DNA of 64,000 nucleotides from Isurus oxyrinchus. Lineage: Eukaryota. Of the stretch, positions 25,780 to 39,100 are shown one piece after another. A program made the position numbers and the translations under genes. The stretch spans positions 3,038,001-3,102,000 of the forward strand of contig JANJGN010000052.1 in the NCBI GenBank assembly GCA_026770705.1, read 5' to 3'. Under the pieces are notes generated by a model. It was not told the DNA's origin and did no database searches. It worked only from the letters and a program-made list of their open reading frames with translations. Numbering within the stretch: position 1 is the first letter of the stretch; each line of letters starts with the position of its first letter.

Positions 25780-28700
25780 GTAATATCATCGTCAGCTTGG
25801 ACAGATTTATGGTAAAGGGTCTTTGTAAAGATCATTCTTATTGATCTCTGATTGGGAACCGATTCAGCAGTGAGCCAGTGTACAAACTCATACCAAGTCC
25901 CATTCACCCATCACCCCTGTGCTCACTGATATACACTGACTCCCTGTCTGACAGCAGAATTGGAGAAGAATAGTGATCTCAGAGCGTTGTAGGGGCTGGA
26001 GACGGTTACACAATTAGGCAGGATTGTAGCAGCTAGAGCAGAATCTTAAACTTCAGGTGATGTCGGCTGTTGGTCAGTGAGAGATGGGGAGTGATGGGTT
26101 GAGCAGAAAATCAGGGAAAGAACCTGGGGGATGAAATCTATCCAGGTACTAGGAGTCTGATAGCAATATCCTGAAATTTGTGTCTTTTGCTGATTTTAAC
26201 CAGAATTTCCCATGAAGACAACACAGCAGCTCCTAGAATAGACAGGCTGTTCAGTGTCACACTTCCTGTCCATTCACACCATGCCAGAAACTTTGATTAG
26301 GGAGCAAGATCACTGAAAGAGAGAGGGGAGGCAAAGCTGTCTGTGTATTCTGAGTTATCATGATTGTCTCTGATCTGCTGCAGAGTTTAAATTTCACAGA
26401 ATCTGGGCACTTTGCAGCTCAGAGAGAGACCATTGACTCACTGCCTGAAAGGGCGGTGGAAGCAGATTCAACAGGAACTTTCAGAAGGGGAACTGGATAA
26501 ATACTTGAAGGGAAATTTGCAGGGATGTGTGAAAGGTGCTGGAGAGGAATTGGGAAAGAGCCAGCACATGCACGATGGGTCAAATGAGCTCCTCCTGTGC
26601 TGTATCATTCAACAATCAGAGAATTTTAGATCCTTATCAGCAAATCTTCAGAATCCTGCTGAATCATGGATATTTCAGAAGGACAGTTAACAAGAGGTTT
26701 CTGGTATCAGCGTTTCATATGGGACTCAGTTCAGTTTGAACAAATAAACAACGTCATCTTTGAAAGTCATGAGCCCACCACAGTGGCACCTCCGACACAT
26801 GCAGAGCTCAGGCTAGAGGCGCTTTGTTAGTGTGTTTCACAGTGTCTGCTGGAGTAGGGTCAGTGCTGAGCTTGGGGACAAGTCAGTCTACAATGCTGCA
26901 TCGGAATCAACAATACAACAATATGGGGTTTGGATCAGAAATAATCCCTTAGACAATGAGGATCCAAAGAGATTCCTTAGACAATGAAGATCCAAAGAGA
27001 TTCCTTAGACAATGAGGATCCAAAGAGATTCCTTAGACAATGAGGATCCAAAGAGATTCCTTAGACAATGAAGATCCAAAGAGATTCCTTAGACAATGAG
27101 GATCCAAAGAGATTCCTTAGACAATGAAGATCCAAAGAGATTCCTTAGACAATGAGCATCCAAAGAGATTTCTTATTCCATTGGTTGTCTAATTGTGGTC
27201 CATGATTTTCCAAGGGGTCCTTGGCAGAATCAAATTATCGAGCAAGAGAGAGAAAAACACTGGAGAGAACGGGAAAGGTGGGTTGGGTTCATGACTTTCA
27301 AAGATGGTGTTGTTTATTTGTTCAAACTGAACTGGGCCCCACACAAAACGCTGATACCAGAAACCTCTTGTTCCCTGTCCTTCTGAAATATCCGTGACTT
27401 CAGCAGGATTCTGAAGAGTTGCTGATGGAGGAACAGGCACCCAATTTTTTTTTTGGTGAAGTTCAGTCAGGAACCAATAACGTTTTGTTTCAAGTAGACG
27501 TTGTTTGAGATTCAAGACACTTGCTAAGAGAATAAGGTGACAAGATTCCATTTTTGCACAGACACCCTGGGGTCTGCCTCGGCCCCCCCCAAAAATGACA
27601 GAAGCAGCAAATTGTGCTGCGAGCCCCCCGCGCACGTGTGAACGTCCCGAGGTCTGTGAGGACTCGGCGTTCCGGCTCTCTGCTCACGATGCACGAGGTC
27701 AGTCTGGATCTCAGGCCAAGGTGGGATGGAGGAACACAGGGAGAACGGATACAGATACATCATTCACCAAAAGTTACACCACACATTAACCAGGTCAGAA
27801 AAATAGCAGTCCAAACGCTAGACTTTATTCCGAAAGGGAGTGAATTGAAAAGCAGGGAAGTGATGGAAAACCTGTATTGAACCTTGGTCAGTCTACATTG
27901 ACCGTGCTGCCTGCAGTTCTGGTCACCGTGTTATAAAAAGGATATAGAGACACTGGAGAGGGCGCAGAGAAGATTGACAATGATGATCCCAGAAATGTGG
28001 GGGTAAACATATGAGGACAGGACTGACGGGCTGGGTCTCTCTTCCCTAGAAGAGACAAGGCTGAGGGGATGACCTAATCCAGGTGTTTAAAACTGAGAAA
28101 GGTTTCGATGGAGTGGATACAGAGAGAGTGTTTCCTCTTGTTGGGAGAGGAGACGAGAACTAGGGGCCCTCAATATGAGATCATCACTGATAAACCCAAT
28201 GGGGAATTCCGGAGAAACGTCTTTACCCAGAGAGTGGGGAGAATGTGGAACTCGCTCCCACAGGGAGTGGCTGGGGTGAATAGTATTGATGTATTTAAGA
28301 CGGAACCTGGATTAACACATGAGGGAGAAAGGAACATAGGGGTATGATGGTAGGTTCAGAGGAAAGTTTTTAGTTGACTGGGTAGACAGAGAATATTTCC
28401 CCTTGTGGGGAGGAGAATAACTAGAGGCCGAGTGATTGGTGATTCCTTAAACATTGAAGAGAGAATGAACACCAATCAGATTGAATCAGATTAGCCAATC
28501 AGCTGTGTTGAAGAGCAGACAGGAATGTTAGGCTAATTAGTGATTCATGACGGTGATAATGGGGGGAGTTCTGAGGGCTCCTAATCCATTGTCCTGTCTT
28601 GTAAATCAGCACTGAATGGATCTCAATTGGTGTGTCTTGTAGACACTGTGTTGGGAGGAAGACTGGCTTCATTAAACAGGGTCCTGAGGACCATGAGCCA

Positions 28701-30761
28701 ATGTAGAATGAACTTGTCCACTCCTGTGTCCAGGATTCACTTCCATCCATTGTGAAACCTTGGGGAGTTCCTTGTGTGTCCTGCAGATGGTCCACACTGC
28801 AGCCACTGTGCCCCAGTGATGGAGGGGGTGGATATCGAGTCTAGTGGATCTACAAACCTTCCAGAGTTAAATATTGAGATTTCTCTCCCCAGTTGGACTG
28901 TCACAAGAGTGGAAAGGTGACACTCCACAAGAGGTGTCAGCGCAGGAAGGTTCGTGTGTACAGATTCCATGTCATTACAGTTATCCAGCAAAATTTGAAA
29001 ACCAACAACGAGGTGGAGTCTGGTTTAATAATGAGAAACAGATTCCCTGGGCTCCCATTGCCTTTCACTCCAAGGATCACAGTCACGAGTTACCACGGTT
29101 CCACAATCGGACCCGGCTGTCTGGAGACCTGAAAGATGGCGACTGTTCCCTGATTATAAACAACATCAGACGGGATGATGCAGGACCTTATTTTTTCAGA
29201 ATAGAATTTGACAATTGTCCGAGCCATAACTATTACCCTGTAACCCAGCTTCACGTTTCTGGTAAGTGCTGTGTTATAATTACTCAACAATTCACATTCA
29301 ACACTCGATGGGAAATAACACAAACTGTGACGTTTACATATTAACACAAAACACAGCTTATTATAACACACTGTCTGATTCTCAATAACCTGGTGATCGC
29401 TTCCAGTTCAGTCCTAAAGCAACCTTTAATACTCACTTTAATATCAATGATTAAATGTATTCCACTCCCATCGATCTTTCTAATCGTGTCTAACAGTCTA
29501 TCAGGATCGTTAAAACATCTCAGTTCTGATATCATCCTTGTAAAAGTGCTTTCTCTTGTGGGACTGTGATTTCTATTTGAACTGATGCTTCACGTTATAT
29601 TTCTCTAAAAGGATCCATTCTCTGTCTGTTAGATTTCACAGATAAAACCACGATATTCCCTGCTGAAATTATTGCAGGAAAGCGTGTGGATGTAAGCTGC
29701 ACCTTCAACACAACGTGCAATGGAACAACAGCACCTGTCTTAACCTGGGACACTCCCATTGACGTACCTGGATCAGTCTCAAACACTGTAACTCAGCATG
29801 GTGTCACTCTGACCTATACTTCTGTTCTGACCCTGATCCCATCACTCAAACACCACAGACACACTCTCAGCTGCAGAGTGAGATATCCATCTGTTTCATC
29901 GGAGCGGACCCTCGTACTAACTGTGCAAGGTAATTACATACACCTTTCATTCTATATTAGCTAGAGAGCTCCACATAGTACACTGCAAGATCCCACAAAT
30001 TCATTGTGTTTAGCTACAAATCAATCGTCTTTAACTGATACAAATTCACCTCTGACACTGCAGCAGTCTCTCAGTACTGAACCTCTGACAGTGCAACACT
30101 CCCTCAGTACTGATCCACTGACAGTGCAGCACTCCCTCAGTACTGACCCTTCGACAGTGCGGCACTCCCTCAGTACTGACCCTTCGACAGTGCAGCACTC
30201 CCTCAGTACTGAATCTGTGACAGTGCAACACTCCCTCAGTACTGATCCACTGACAGTGCAGCACTACCTCAGTACTGACCCTCCGACAATGCAGCACTCC
30301 CTCAGTACTGAACTGAGGTGTCTGGCTGGATTATGGGCTTTGTGGTGAAAGAACCTATATTGATATCACACCTTTCACATTCTCAGTGTCTCTCAAAGTG
30401 CTTCACAGTCAGTGTAAGTTAATTGATGTTTATTTGTTTTTAGATGCACCACAGAATCTCTCAATTACTTCTCTTGGTATGATTAACTCTTCATCGATCA
30501 ATATAATTGAGGGGAATTCTGCAGTGATAATCTGCTCTGTCGAGAGCTTCCCAGCTTCTAACCTGACATGGCGACATCTTAATGTCCCAATGAACAGAAC
30601 AAGTTCCAACAATGAGCTGTGGTTGGTGATTCCTCACGTTACATCCAGGGCCACTGGAGACTATCAGTGTGTGGCAGAGAATGAACATGGAGCAGTGGAG
30701 GGATTCATAACCATCACTGTGGAATGTGAGTTAATGCAAACTTCAACATCACTTTCACACA

Positions 30762-30825
<64 letters not shown>

Positions 30826-33800
30826 CACACACATGCACTCGTGTAGACACATACATGCACATTTACACACACAAACATACGCATGCAAAAATATACACAG
30901 AAACATACACACACTCAACTCACACACACACACTCACACATGCACACACATACACATACACATGTACACACATTCACTCATGCACAGAAATATACACAAA
31001 GACACACTCACATATGCGCAAACACATACACACATGCACACACAGACACATGCATGCATACTCACACAAACATACTCACATATGTAGAAACACAAACACA
31101 TACACATAAACACGCGTGAGGTCCCTCTTCTCTCTCAGGGCCGCACTGGAGTCTCAGTATCAGCTTCGATTCTGTGTTGAAGGAAGGTAAACTCCAGATC
31201 AACAAGACCCTGAATTGGATGAGCAACCTCCTGAACAGAGAATGCTAGATTTACCCCTCAGTGCTCCATCAATCAAATACAATTCAATGGCTTTCAATCC
31301 CTTGGGGGCATCTTGAGAGTGTTAAAGAATGTTTCTTTCATTCTAGATGGACAGCAACTCTACTGGTGGGAGAATGCAACTGCAGTGTGACAGTTTACAT
31401 AGGAAACGCCCATTATAAATGTGACAGTAATTTTTCATGAGGGAAGGTACCTGGAAAGGCATTCCAACATCAGATACAGAGAGATGATGCATGGAGTCTT
31501 GCTGTGCACTATGCTTGCTCACATTAAAATCTTTATTTATTTTTAGACGCACCCAGAATCTCTCAATTACTTCTCTTGATATGATTAACGCTTCATCGAT
31601 CAATATAATTGAGGGGAATTCTGCAGTGATAATCTGCTCTGTCGAGAGCTTCCCAGCTTCTAACCTGACGTGGCGACATCTTAATGTCCCAATGAACAGA
31701 ACAAGTTCCAACAATGAGCTATGGTTGGTGATTCCTCACGTTACATCCAGGGACACTGGAGACTATCAGTGTGTGGCAGAGAATGAACATGGAGCAGTGG
31801 AGGGATTCATAACCATCACTGTGGAATGTGAGTGTACACAGACTTCAACATCTCTCTCAGATTTGAACACATATACACCAATGCACATCCACACGCACAC
31901 ACAAGCACTCACTGCACTGGAGTCTCGGTATCAGCTCCAATTCTGGATGGAACGAAGGTAAACTACAGATCAACAAGTCCCTGAACTGGATGAGCAACCT
32001 CCTGAACAGAGAACTGTATATTTACCCCTCAGTGCTCCATCGATCAAACATTGCCTGTCAAGCCCTTGGGGACATCCTGAGGATGTGAAAGGAAGTTCCT
32101 TTCATTCGAGGTGGACAGCGCCTCTACTGGTGGGAGAATGTAACTGCAGTTTGACTGTTTACATAGGCAGTGCCCACTATAAATTTGACAGTGGAAGTTA
32201 TATGGAGTGGAGGGACCTGGCTATGCATACAGACATCAGATACAGAGAGATGATGCATGGAGTCTAGCTGTAAACTGTGCTTGCTCACATTAAACACTTG
32301 ATTTGTTCTTAGATGCACCACAGAACCTCTTATTTACTTCTCTTGAAATGATTAATGCTTCATCGATCAATATAATTGAGGGGAATTCTGCAGTGATAAT
32401 CTGCTCTGTCGAGAGCTTCCCAGCTTCTAACCTGACGTGGCGACATCTTAATGTCCCAATGAACAGAACAAGTTCCAACAATGAGCTGTGGTTGGTGATT
32501 CCTCACGTTACATCCAGGGAAACTGGAGACTATCAGTGTGTGGCAGAGAATGAACATGGAGCAGTGGAGGGGTTCATAACCATCACTGTGGAATGTGAGT
32601 GTGGAGATACATTTGTTTGTTTGTTGTTTCCGTGGTCTCCGTGGAGCCATTGGGATCGTGTTGTTTTTAATCCAGTTTTCTTCAATCCTCGTTCAGTCCA
32701 CGTTATCCACACATCCAATTTTTCCTCTCCCTTTCTGTTTTTGGTCTCAGTTTCTCCTTCAATGGTTGTCAGGACAAGGCTGTCAGGTCTTTGTTTCCAA
32801 TCTCCGTACTTGATGACCTTTCTCTCTCTAACTGTCCTGAACAACCCTTTTAATCGCTGAACTTCTCATTCTTTAATTGATAAATATTATATATAAATGT
32901 TACATGGATTACTTTGAAATGCAACACTTGTATTCATAAATTGCTTAGAAATTACTAAACATTCAACAGCCAGTGAAGCATTATCGAAGTGAGCTCACTG
33001 TTGAAATGTAGGAAACACAGGTACTGATTTGTGCACAGCAAGATCCCGCAAACCACCGTGTGATAATGACCTGATAGTCGATTATTTCAGTGAGGTTGGT
33101 TGTTACATGTGTAGACACTACATACCCTTTAGGGAGGGAAGCATGTCTCGGTGTGGATGTGACTCCAGTCTCAGACACCAACATGGTTAACTCTTACCTG
33201 CCCTCTGAACTGGTCTCCCAGTTTGGGACAAACCAGTGGTTCAGGAGGAAGACCCCCCACCACCTTCTCAAGGGGAAACTAGGGATGGACAATAAATGTC
33301 AGCATTGCCCGAGAATGAGTATTTAAACACTGAGTGAGTGTATCGCTTCTCGAGATACATCGGAGCATCATTGTAAACCTGTAGTGCAGTAATTAATGGC
33401 TGTTTTTACAGGTAGAGACTCCAGTAAATGGACAGTAGGATTGTTCACGGCTGGGATCATGTTGAGTGTTTTCCTGGCTGGAATCTTCATCTTCATCTGT
33501 GTGAGAAAGTAAGTCTGAAGATTTAACTTGATTTTAATATAAACATTTGCTTCAATGTTCTTTCCTGAAGTCGGTGATTGTTTCCCTTGTGTTAAGCGCC
33601 AGATGCCTCTCCGTAACTGGTCTCTTTATCCCTTACGATCCAGACAGTGTTTTTCATTGCCCGTTATCCAGATGAATAATAATCAGTTGCTGTGATCTGG
33701 AAGGCGCTGCCTGAAAGGGCGCTGGAAGCAGATTCAATAGGAACTTTCAAAACGGGAATTGGATAAATACTTGAAGGGGGAACATTTGAAGGGCTACGGG

Positions 33801-36045
33801 GGGAAGAGCAGGGGTGGAGGGGGGGTAAAAGATATGGCGTGTCATTATAATGATATTATACCTTAGGCTTATTTATTGTACAAGAAACAAAGCACCAATC
33901 GCTCACAGGGTTTGGGTGAGAATGTTGTCGGTTTGTTTATCAAGACTCGGCACGAGAACAGTGATACATACGGAGAAAGCTTGAAGGTATCAGAGCTGTG
34001 AGTGTGTGCTCTGCTCAAAGCAAAAGTGAAACTAAGATTGGATCACATGTCACACTTCCATTATAGTGATGTCACGCTGATACCCCTTGTTGGAACTAGA
34101 GACAGTCCAGTCGTTGGTGTAAGGTTACAGTGGGCTCTGTGTCTGTGCTGCACTGCCTCTTTGCTATATGATAACCACAGTATGATATTGTGTTATTGCA
34201 GGAGAAAGACAGCGACGCAGGAGAGAGTTTCAGGGACCAGTGACATTGCATTGACCCCCAGGTCACTCTCTGTGAAGCACCAGGTACAGGAGCTGTTTAC
34301 ACTCACTTCAAAGCTTCAACCTCAGTGTGTAGACAACACATGTCCCAGATTCCCAGCCGGGTTACACATAGATATCTCCCTGTGAAGCAATGGCTCAGTG
34401 GTCAGCACTGTCTCTCGCTCCCAGCCTCTGTCACCCTCCATCACTCGCTCTTTGACCAGAAACCTGAACACAATAATGACAAGGCACCTGATGTCAGTAG
34501 TGAGGGAGTGCTGCACTGTCGGAGGGTCAGTACTGAGGGAGTGCTGCACTGTCGGAGGGTCAGTACTGAGGAAGTGCTGCACTGTCGGAGGGTCAGTACT
34601 GAGGGTGTTGTGCACTGTCAGAGTGTCATTACTGAGGGAGTGCTGCACTGTCGGAGGGTCAGTACTGAGGGAGTGCTGCACTGTCGGATGATCAGTACTG
34701 AGGAAGTGCTGCACTGTCAGCGGGTCAGTACTGAGGGATTGTTGGACTGTCAGACGGTCAGTACTGAGGGAGTGCTGCACTGTCAGAGGGTCAGTATTGA
34801 GGGAGTGCTGCACTGTCAGAGGGTCAGTACTGAGGGAGTGCTGCACTGCCAGAGGGTCAGTATTGAGGGAGTGCTGCACTGCCAGAGGGTCAGTATTGAG
34901 GGAGTGCTGCACTGTCAGAGGGTCAGTAATGAGGGAGTGCTGCACTGTCAGAGGGTCAGTATTGAGGGAGTGCTGCACTGTCAGAGGGTCAGTACTGAGG
35001 GAGTGCTGCACTGTCAGAGGGTCAGTATTGAGGGATTGTTGGACTGTCAGAGGGTCAGTACTGAGGGAGTGCTGCACTGTCAGAGGGTCAGTACTGAGGG
35101 AGTGCTGCACTGTCAGAGGGTCAGTACTGAGGGAGTGCTGCACTGTCAGAGGGTCAGTACTGAGGGAGTGCTGCACTGCCAGAGGGTCAGTATTGACGGA
35201 GTGCTGCACTGTCAGAGGTGAGTTCTGAGGGAGTGCAGCACTGTCAGAGGGTCAGTACTGAGGGAGTGCTGCACTGTCAGAGGGTCAGTACTGAGGGAGT
35301 GCTGCACTGTCAGAGGGTCAGTATTGAGGGATTGTTGGACTGTCAGAGGGTCAGTACTGAGGGAGTGCTGCACTGTCAGAGGGTCAGTACTGAGGGAGTG
35401 CTGCACTGACAGAGGGTCAGTACTGAGGGAGTGCTGCACTGTCAGAGGGTCAGTACTGAGGGAGTGCTGCACTGCCAGAGGGTCAGTATTGACGGAGTGC
35501 TGCACTGTCAGAGGTGAGTTCTGAGGGAGTGCAGCACTGTCAGAGGGTCAGTACTGAGGGAGTGCTGCACTGTCAGAGGGTCAGTACTGAGGGAATGCTG
35601 CACTGTTGGAGTGCGATAGAGATTAAATTATAAAGAGAGAGAGAAAACGAGAGAGAAAGAGAGACAGAGAAAGAGAGTGAAAAAAAGGCTTAAACCCACT
35701 GAGACACGACTGACACTAATGAGGCTGCACAATAATTTAACCCTATCAGTGCCAGTAAATGATGTGAGGATGTCTTCTGTTTCCATTTCTCTGTAGGGTA
35801 AACAGAACGTGCTGATTACTGAGCCCCGGAACACAACCAGAGACACAACTAGCGAGGGGGAGACCCCAGCTCCCCGGGGTCTCTCTGAAGGTCTAGTGGG
35901 AGGCGATGTTGGACATGGGAACCCCGACAATACCGACGAGCTTCTCTACGCCAACATCAACTTTTCAAAGCTGCCCAGCGGTGACAGGACTGTACACAGG
36001 AGCGAGGACACGGAATACACACAGATCAGGTTCCAGAAAAACTGA
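25740..36045 (+). CDS. Gene A: inhibitory Siglec-family receptor (SP-V-C-C2x3-TM-ITIM/ITSM); 565 aa if the frameshifted exon 31547-31827 is skipped
   Basis: join(25740-25779,28893-29261,29633-29929,30444-30725,[31547-31827],32313-32594,33412-33508,34202-34283,35797-36045); all GT-AG with compatible phases. Confidence 0.88.
26946..27172 (+). repeat. 28-bp minisatellite (agacaatgaggatccaaagagattcctt)n, about 8 units
   Basis: Direct tandem units in the SP-V intron; also at 48567 and 62482. Confidence 0.9.
27800..28430 (+). mobile_element. CR1-like LINE 3' fragment
   Basis: ELKSREVMENLY..TLV and RRNVFTQRVGRMWNSLPQ motifs; absent from the gene B intron. Confidence 0.75.
28893..29261 (+). CDS. 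Gene A Siglec V-set exon
   Basis: GSCVQIPC (two B-strand Cys), GVW, GDCSLII, DAGPYFFRIE with the F-strand Arg; 369 nt, phase 1-1. Confidence 0.95.
29633..29929 (+). CDS. Gene A Ig domain 2 exon
   Basis: VSCTFNTTC...PVLTW...TSVLTLIPS..HH..TLSCRV; extra Cys typical of the Siglec V-D2 disulfide; 297 nt. Confidence 0.93.
30048..30310 (+). repeat. 33-bp minisatellite array
   Basis: Tandem units in the D2-D3 intron. Confidence 0.85.
30444..30725 (+). CDS. Gene A C2-set exon 1
   Basis: APQNLSI...IICSVESFPASNLTW...TGDYQCVAENEHG; 282 nt, phase 1-1. Confidence 0.93.
31547..31827 (+). pseudogene. Gene A C2-set exon 2 with a 1-bp deletion (281 nt)
   Basis: 'gcacc-cagaatc' versus 'gcaccacagaa' in the four other copies; TGA at 31582-31584 if included. 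Confidence 0.85.
32313..32594 (+). CDS. Gene A C2-set exon 3
   Basis: 282 nt, intact, near-identical to 30444-30725. Confidence 0.93.
33412..33508 (+). CDS. Gene A transmembrane exon (C)RDSSKWTVGLFTAGIMLSVFLAGIFIFICVRK
   Basis: tttttacag acceptor, AA|GTAAGT donor, phase 1-2, uncharged hydrophobic segment. Confidence 0.9.
34202..34283 (+). CDS. Gene A cytoplasmic exon 1, RKTATQERVSGTSDIALTPRSLSVKHQ
   Basis: 82 nt, phase 2-0; bridges the TM to the terminal exon. Confidence 0.8.
34494..35610 (-). repeat. 33-bp minisatellite array (about 33 units)
   Basis: Long homogeneous array in the last intron of gene A. Confidence 0.92.
35797..36045 (+). CDS. Gene A terminal exon with ITIM LLYANI and ITSM-like TEYTQI
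   Basis: Phase-0 acceptor; motif pair arranged like the Siglec ITIM plus TEYSEI-type motif; TGA at 36043-36045. Confidence 0.9.
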   Translation, partial: GKQNVLITEPRNTTRDTTSEGETPAPRGLSEGLVGGDVGHGNPDNTDELLYANINFSKLPSGDRTVHRSEDTEYTQIRFQKN

Positions 36046-36123
36046 GTGTGAAACAGGGAGCGGGGCTGTGGGGTGTGTGCAGCCAACATGGCTAAATAGT
36101 AATGAACACAAATATGATGTTGC

Positions 36124-39100
36124 TCAACTTTTTTTATTGGTTCTGAGTGAGCTTTCTGAATGCTGCACCTTTTTCCATGCTGTAAAAGATTGCGAGAAGC
36201 TTATGGGTTATGTATAATTTTACATCTGTTAATACAAGGTGAGGTGAGAGTGACTGCCCTTAACATTAAGGCTGCATTTGACCGAGTGTGGCCTCTAGGA
36301 GCCCGAGCATAACTGCAATCAATGGGAATCAGGGGTGGTACGAAAGTATAATAATTTGCATAATATTTTCCTGGTTTGTTGTAGACTAGGTTTATGGGTG
36401 TGAGTGTAGATGTGTCTGTCTGTGTGGTTTAATTACATCTGGAGACAGGTAGACTGCAAGCTTGAGATTATCAAAAGAAGCTAGATGTAGAAATGTACTT
36501 GAAATGCTAATGAGAACACCTGGAGGCTGTGTTAGCATGTAAGGTGTGAAGGGGTTGTTTAGATTTCAAAGGGATGTTGGTCTGTTTAGGACAAGCCCAA
36601 TAAGCAAAGCTAAGGAGTTTTTTTTTTAATTTTACCCAAACTTCATTGACAATATTGGCAACATGAAAGTTTATATTATGGGAAAGGTACAGTTCCAAAG
36701 AATTTACACATCAAAGAGAGAGAAACATGTATAAAGGAGAATGAAAGGCTATGTTGGGGGCCATGTAAGATCTAACAGGAGTGTGTGAAACAGGCTTGAA
36801 GAAGCCTCCAGGCATTTGTGCATAAGTCTGTTATGTTCAGTAAATAAAGTTGGAGAAACCCATTTAGAATTCCAGTGTCAAGTGTGTGCTGTGTTAACTC
36901 GCTGGGTTTGTTTTTAATCTAAAATCTTATTTTGGACTGTTGCCTTAAACGGGCTCTGTAACTGGGAGTCAGGTTAATTAGGAATTTGAGAATATATTTT
37001 AGCTGTAACTAACCGTGGTATTATGTCTGTGCTTGAAATATTTTATTTTGTTAATAAATATCTTAATCGAATTTTTAAAATGTCTAAAGGTTGTGGTCAA
37101 CTCATTACTCCTGAATTCAGTGCACACTTCTTGTAATAAATAAAAATTGCAAAACTATTGTGATAGCATGACTAATTTTCCCTTGTGGATTTGGAGCACC
37201 AAGCACACATCATCTGCCATGTCATGTCACAGGGAAAACTCTCCACTCGTTGGATTCATACCAAGTACAAAGGAAGGTGGTTGTGGTTGTTGGAGGTCAG
37301 TCATCTCAGTTCCAGGATATCACTGCAGGAGTTGCTCAGGGTAGTGTCCTAGGCCCAACCATCTTCAGCTGCTTCATCAATGACATTCATTCTATCAGAT
37401 TGTCAGAATTATGGATGGTCGCTGATGATTGCACAACGTTCAACATCATTCATGACCCATCAGATGCTGAAGCAGTCCATGTCCAAATGCAGCAAGACCT
37501 GGACAATATCCAGGCTTGGCCTGACAAGTGGCAAGTAACATTCATGCCACACAAGTGCCAGGCAATGACCATCTCCAACCAGAGAGAATATATCCATCTC
37601 CCCTTAATGTCCAATGGCATCACCATTGCTGAATCCCCCACTATCAACACGCTGGGGGTTAACGTTGACCAGAAACTGAACTGGACTAGCCATATAAACA
37701 CTGTGACTACAAGAGCAGGCCAGAGGCTGGGAATCCTGTGGTGAGTAACTCACCTCCTGACTCCCCAAAGCCTGTCCACCAACCTCAAGGCACAGGTCAG
37801 AAGTGATGGAATACTCTCCACTTTCCTAGATGAGTGCAGCTCTAACAACACTCAAGAAGCTCGAGACCGCCAAGGACAAAGCAGCCCCGCTTGATTTGCA
37901 CCCCATCCACAAACATTCTCTCCCTCCACAACTGACGTACTGTGGCAGCAGGGTGTGTACCATCTACAAGATGCAACATAGGGATTCACCAAGCCTCCTT
38001 AGACAGCACCTTCCAAACACATGATCACTACCATCTCGAAGGACAAGGGCAGCAGACACATGGGAACACCACCACCTGGAAGTTCCCCTCGAAGTCACTC
38101 AACATCCTGACTTGGAAATATATCACCGTTCCTTCACTGTCGCTGGGTCAGAATCCTGCAACACCCTCCCAAACAGTTCTGTGGGTGTACATACACCACA
38201 GGGACTGCAGCAGCTCAACAAGGCAGCTCACCCCCATATTCTCAAGGACAATTAGGGATGGGCAATAAATTCTGGCCTAGCCAGTGTCAGTGAATAAATA
38301 CAAAAAAGAAGCAATTAAAATGCCCTGACATTTCTGTACATTTTTATCAAATTAAATACGTACTCTAGTGAATAATTCCATTCTCCAAGGCACCACTTCC
38401 TGTTGTCACATGCCCTTCTGATTATTTAAATTCCTGTGTCATTGGTAATGGAACATTCCCATGTAAACATGTCACACTGTAATTAGTGTCATAATTTTGC
38501 TTCTCAGAGACTGGAGGAGCTGTATACTTTGTGTTTACAATATGAGTAACACTCAGGGGTGACCAGGGAGATTCTTTTGGCCAAGTTTACGATGTTGCTA
38601 AGATACAATGGCCCCGTAGGATTTTTCCTACTGCGTTTACAAGGTTGAATTGAAGAGATTTTTGAAGTGCCTGGCACAGTTTTATTAAGGTCCCTGCACA
38701 CCCAATCTGGAGTCACTGGGTTCAGTTCTGAGTCCAGCAGCTTAGGAAGGATATATTGTCCTTGGAGGGGGTGCTGTGCAGTGTCACCAGGATGATCCCG
38801 GAGCTGAAAGGGTTAAATCCCGAGGACAGGTTGCACAGACCAGGCTTGTGTTCCCTCGAGTCTCGAAGATTAAGGGGTGATCTAATCGAGGTGTTTAAGA
38901 TGAGCCGTCTCTGTGACCTGCTTCAACCCTGTTGGTCAGCAATGACAACATGAGTTGATGTTAGCCTGATATGTAGTGCATGGAGGGATATTACTCTCCA
39001 GGGTGTGTGTGCATCACAGTGCTCATTCACATGTGTTCCATGTGCACCTACATCAGCTGTGTAGACATACAAGCCTCAATGCTGCATCCGGGGAATGTGC

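Noticed and set aside
26946-27172. CRISPR-like regular 28-bp repeats
   Set aside because: Units are head-to-tail with no unique spacers, no cas genes, vertebrate context.
28893-29261. Rearranging Ig/TCR/IgNAR V segment
   Set aside because: The exon encodes the complete domain including the G strand and ends in a splice donor; Siglec-type Cys pattern; no adjacent heptamer-nonamer RSS seen.
34322-35524. Long ORFs (about 295 aa) with QHSLSTDPLTV, RECCTVRGSVL or EGVLHCQRVST repeats, also at 6.5, 17.2, 20.2, 30.0 and 52 kb
   Set aside because: Translations of a 33-bp intronic minisatellite, open in several frames on both strands; no splice or codon evidence.
25740-36045. Assigning MAG, CD22 or SIGLEC1 as gene symbol
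   Set aside because: Domain number, repeated C2 exons and tails do not match any one ortholog; needs phylogeny.
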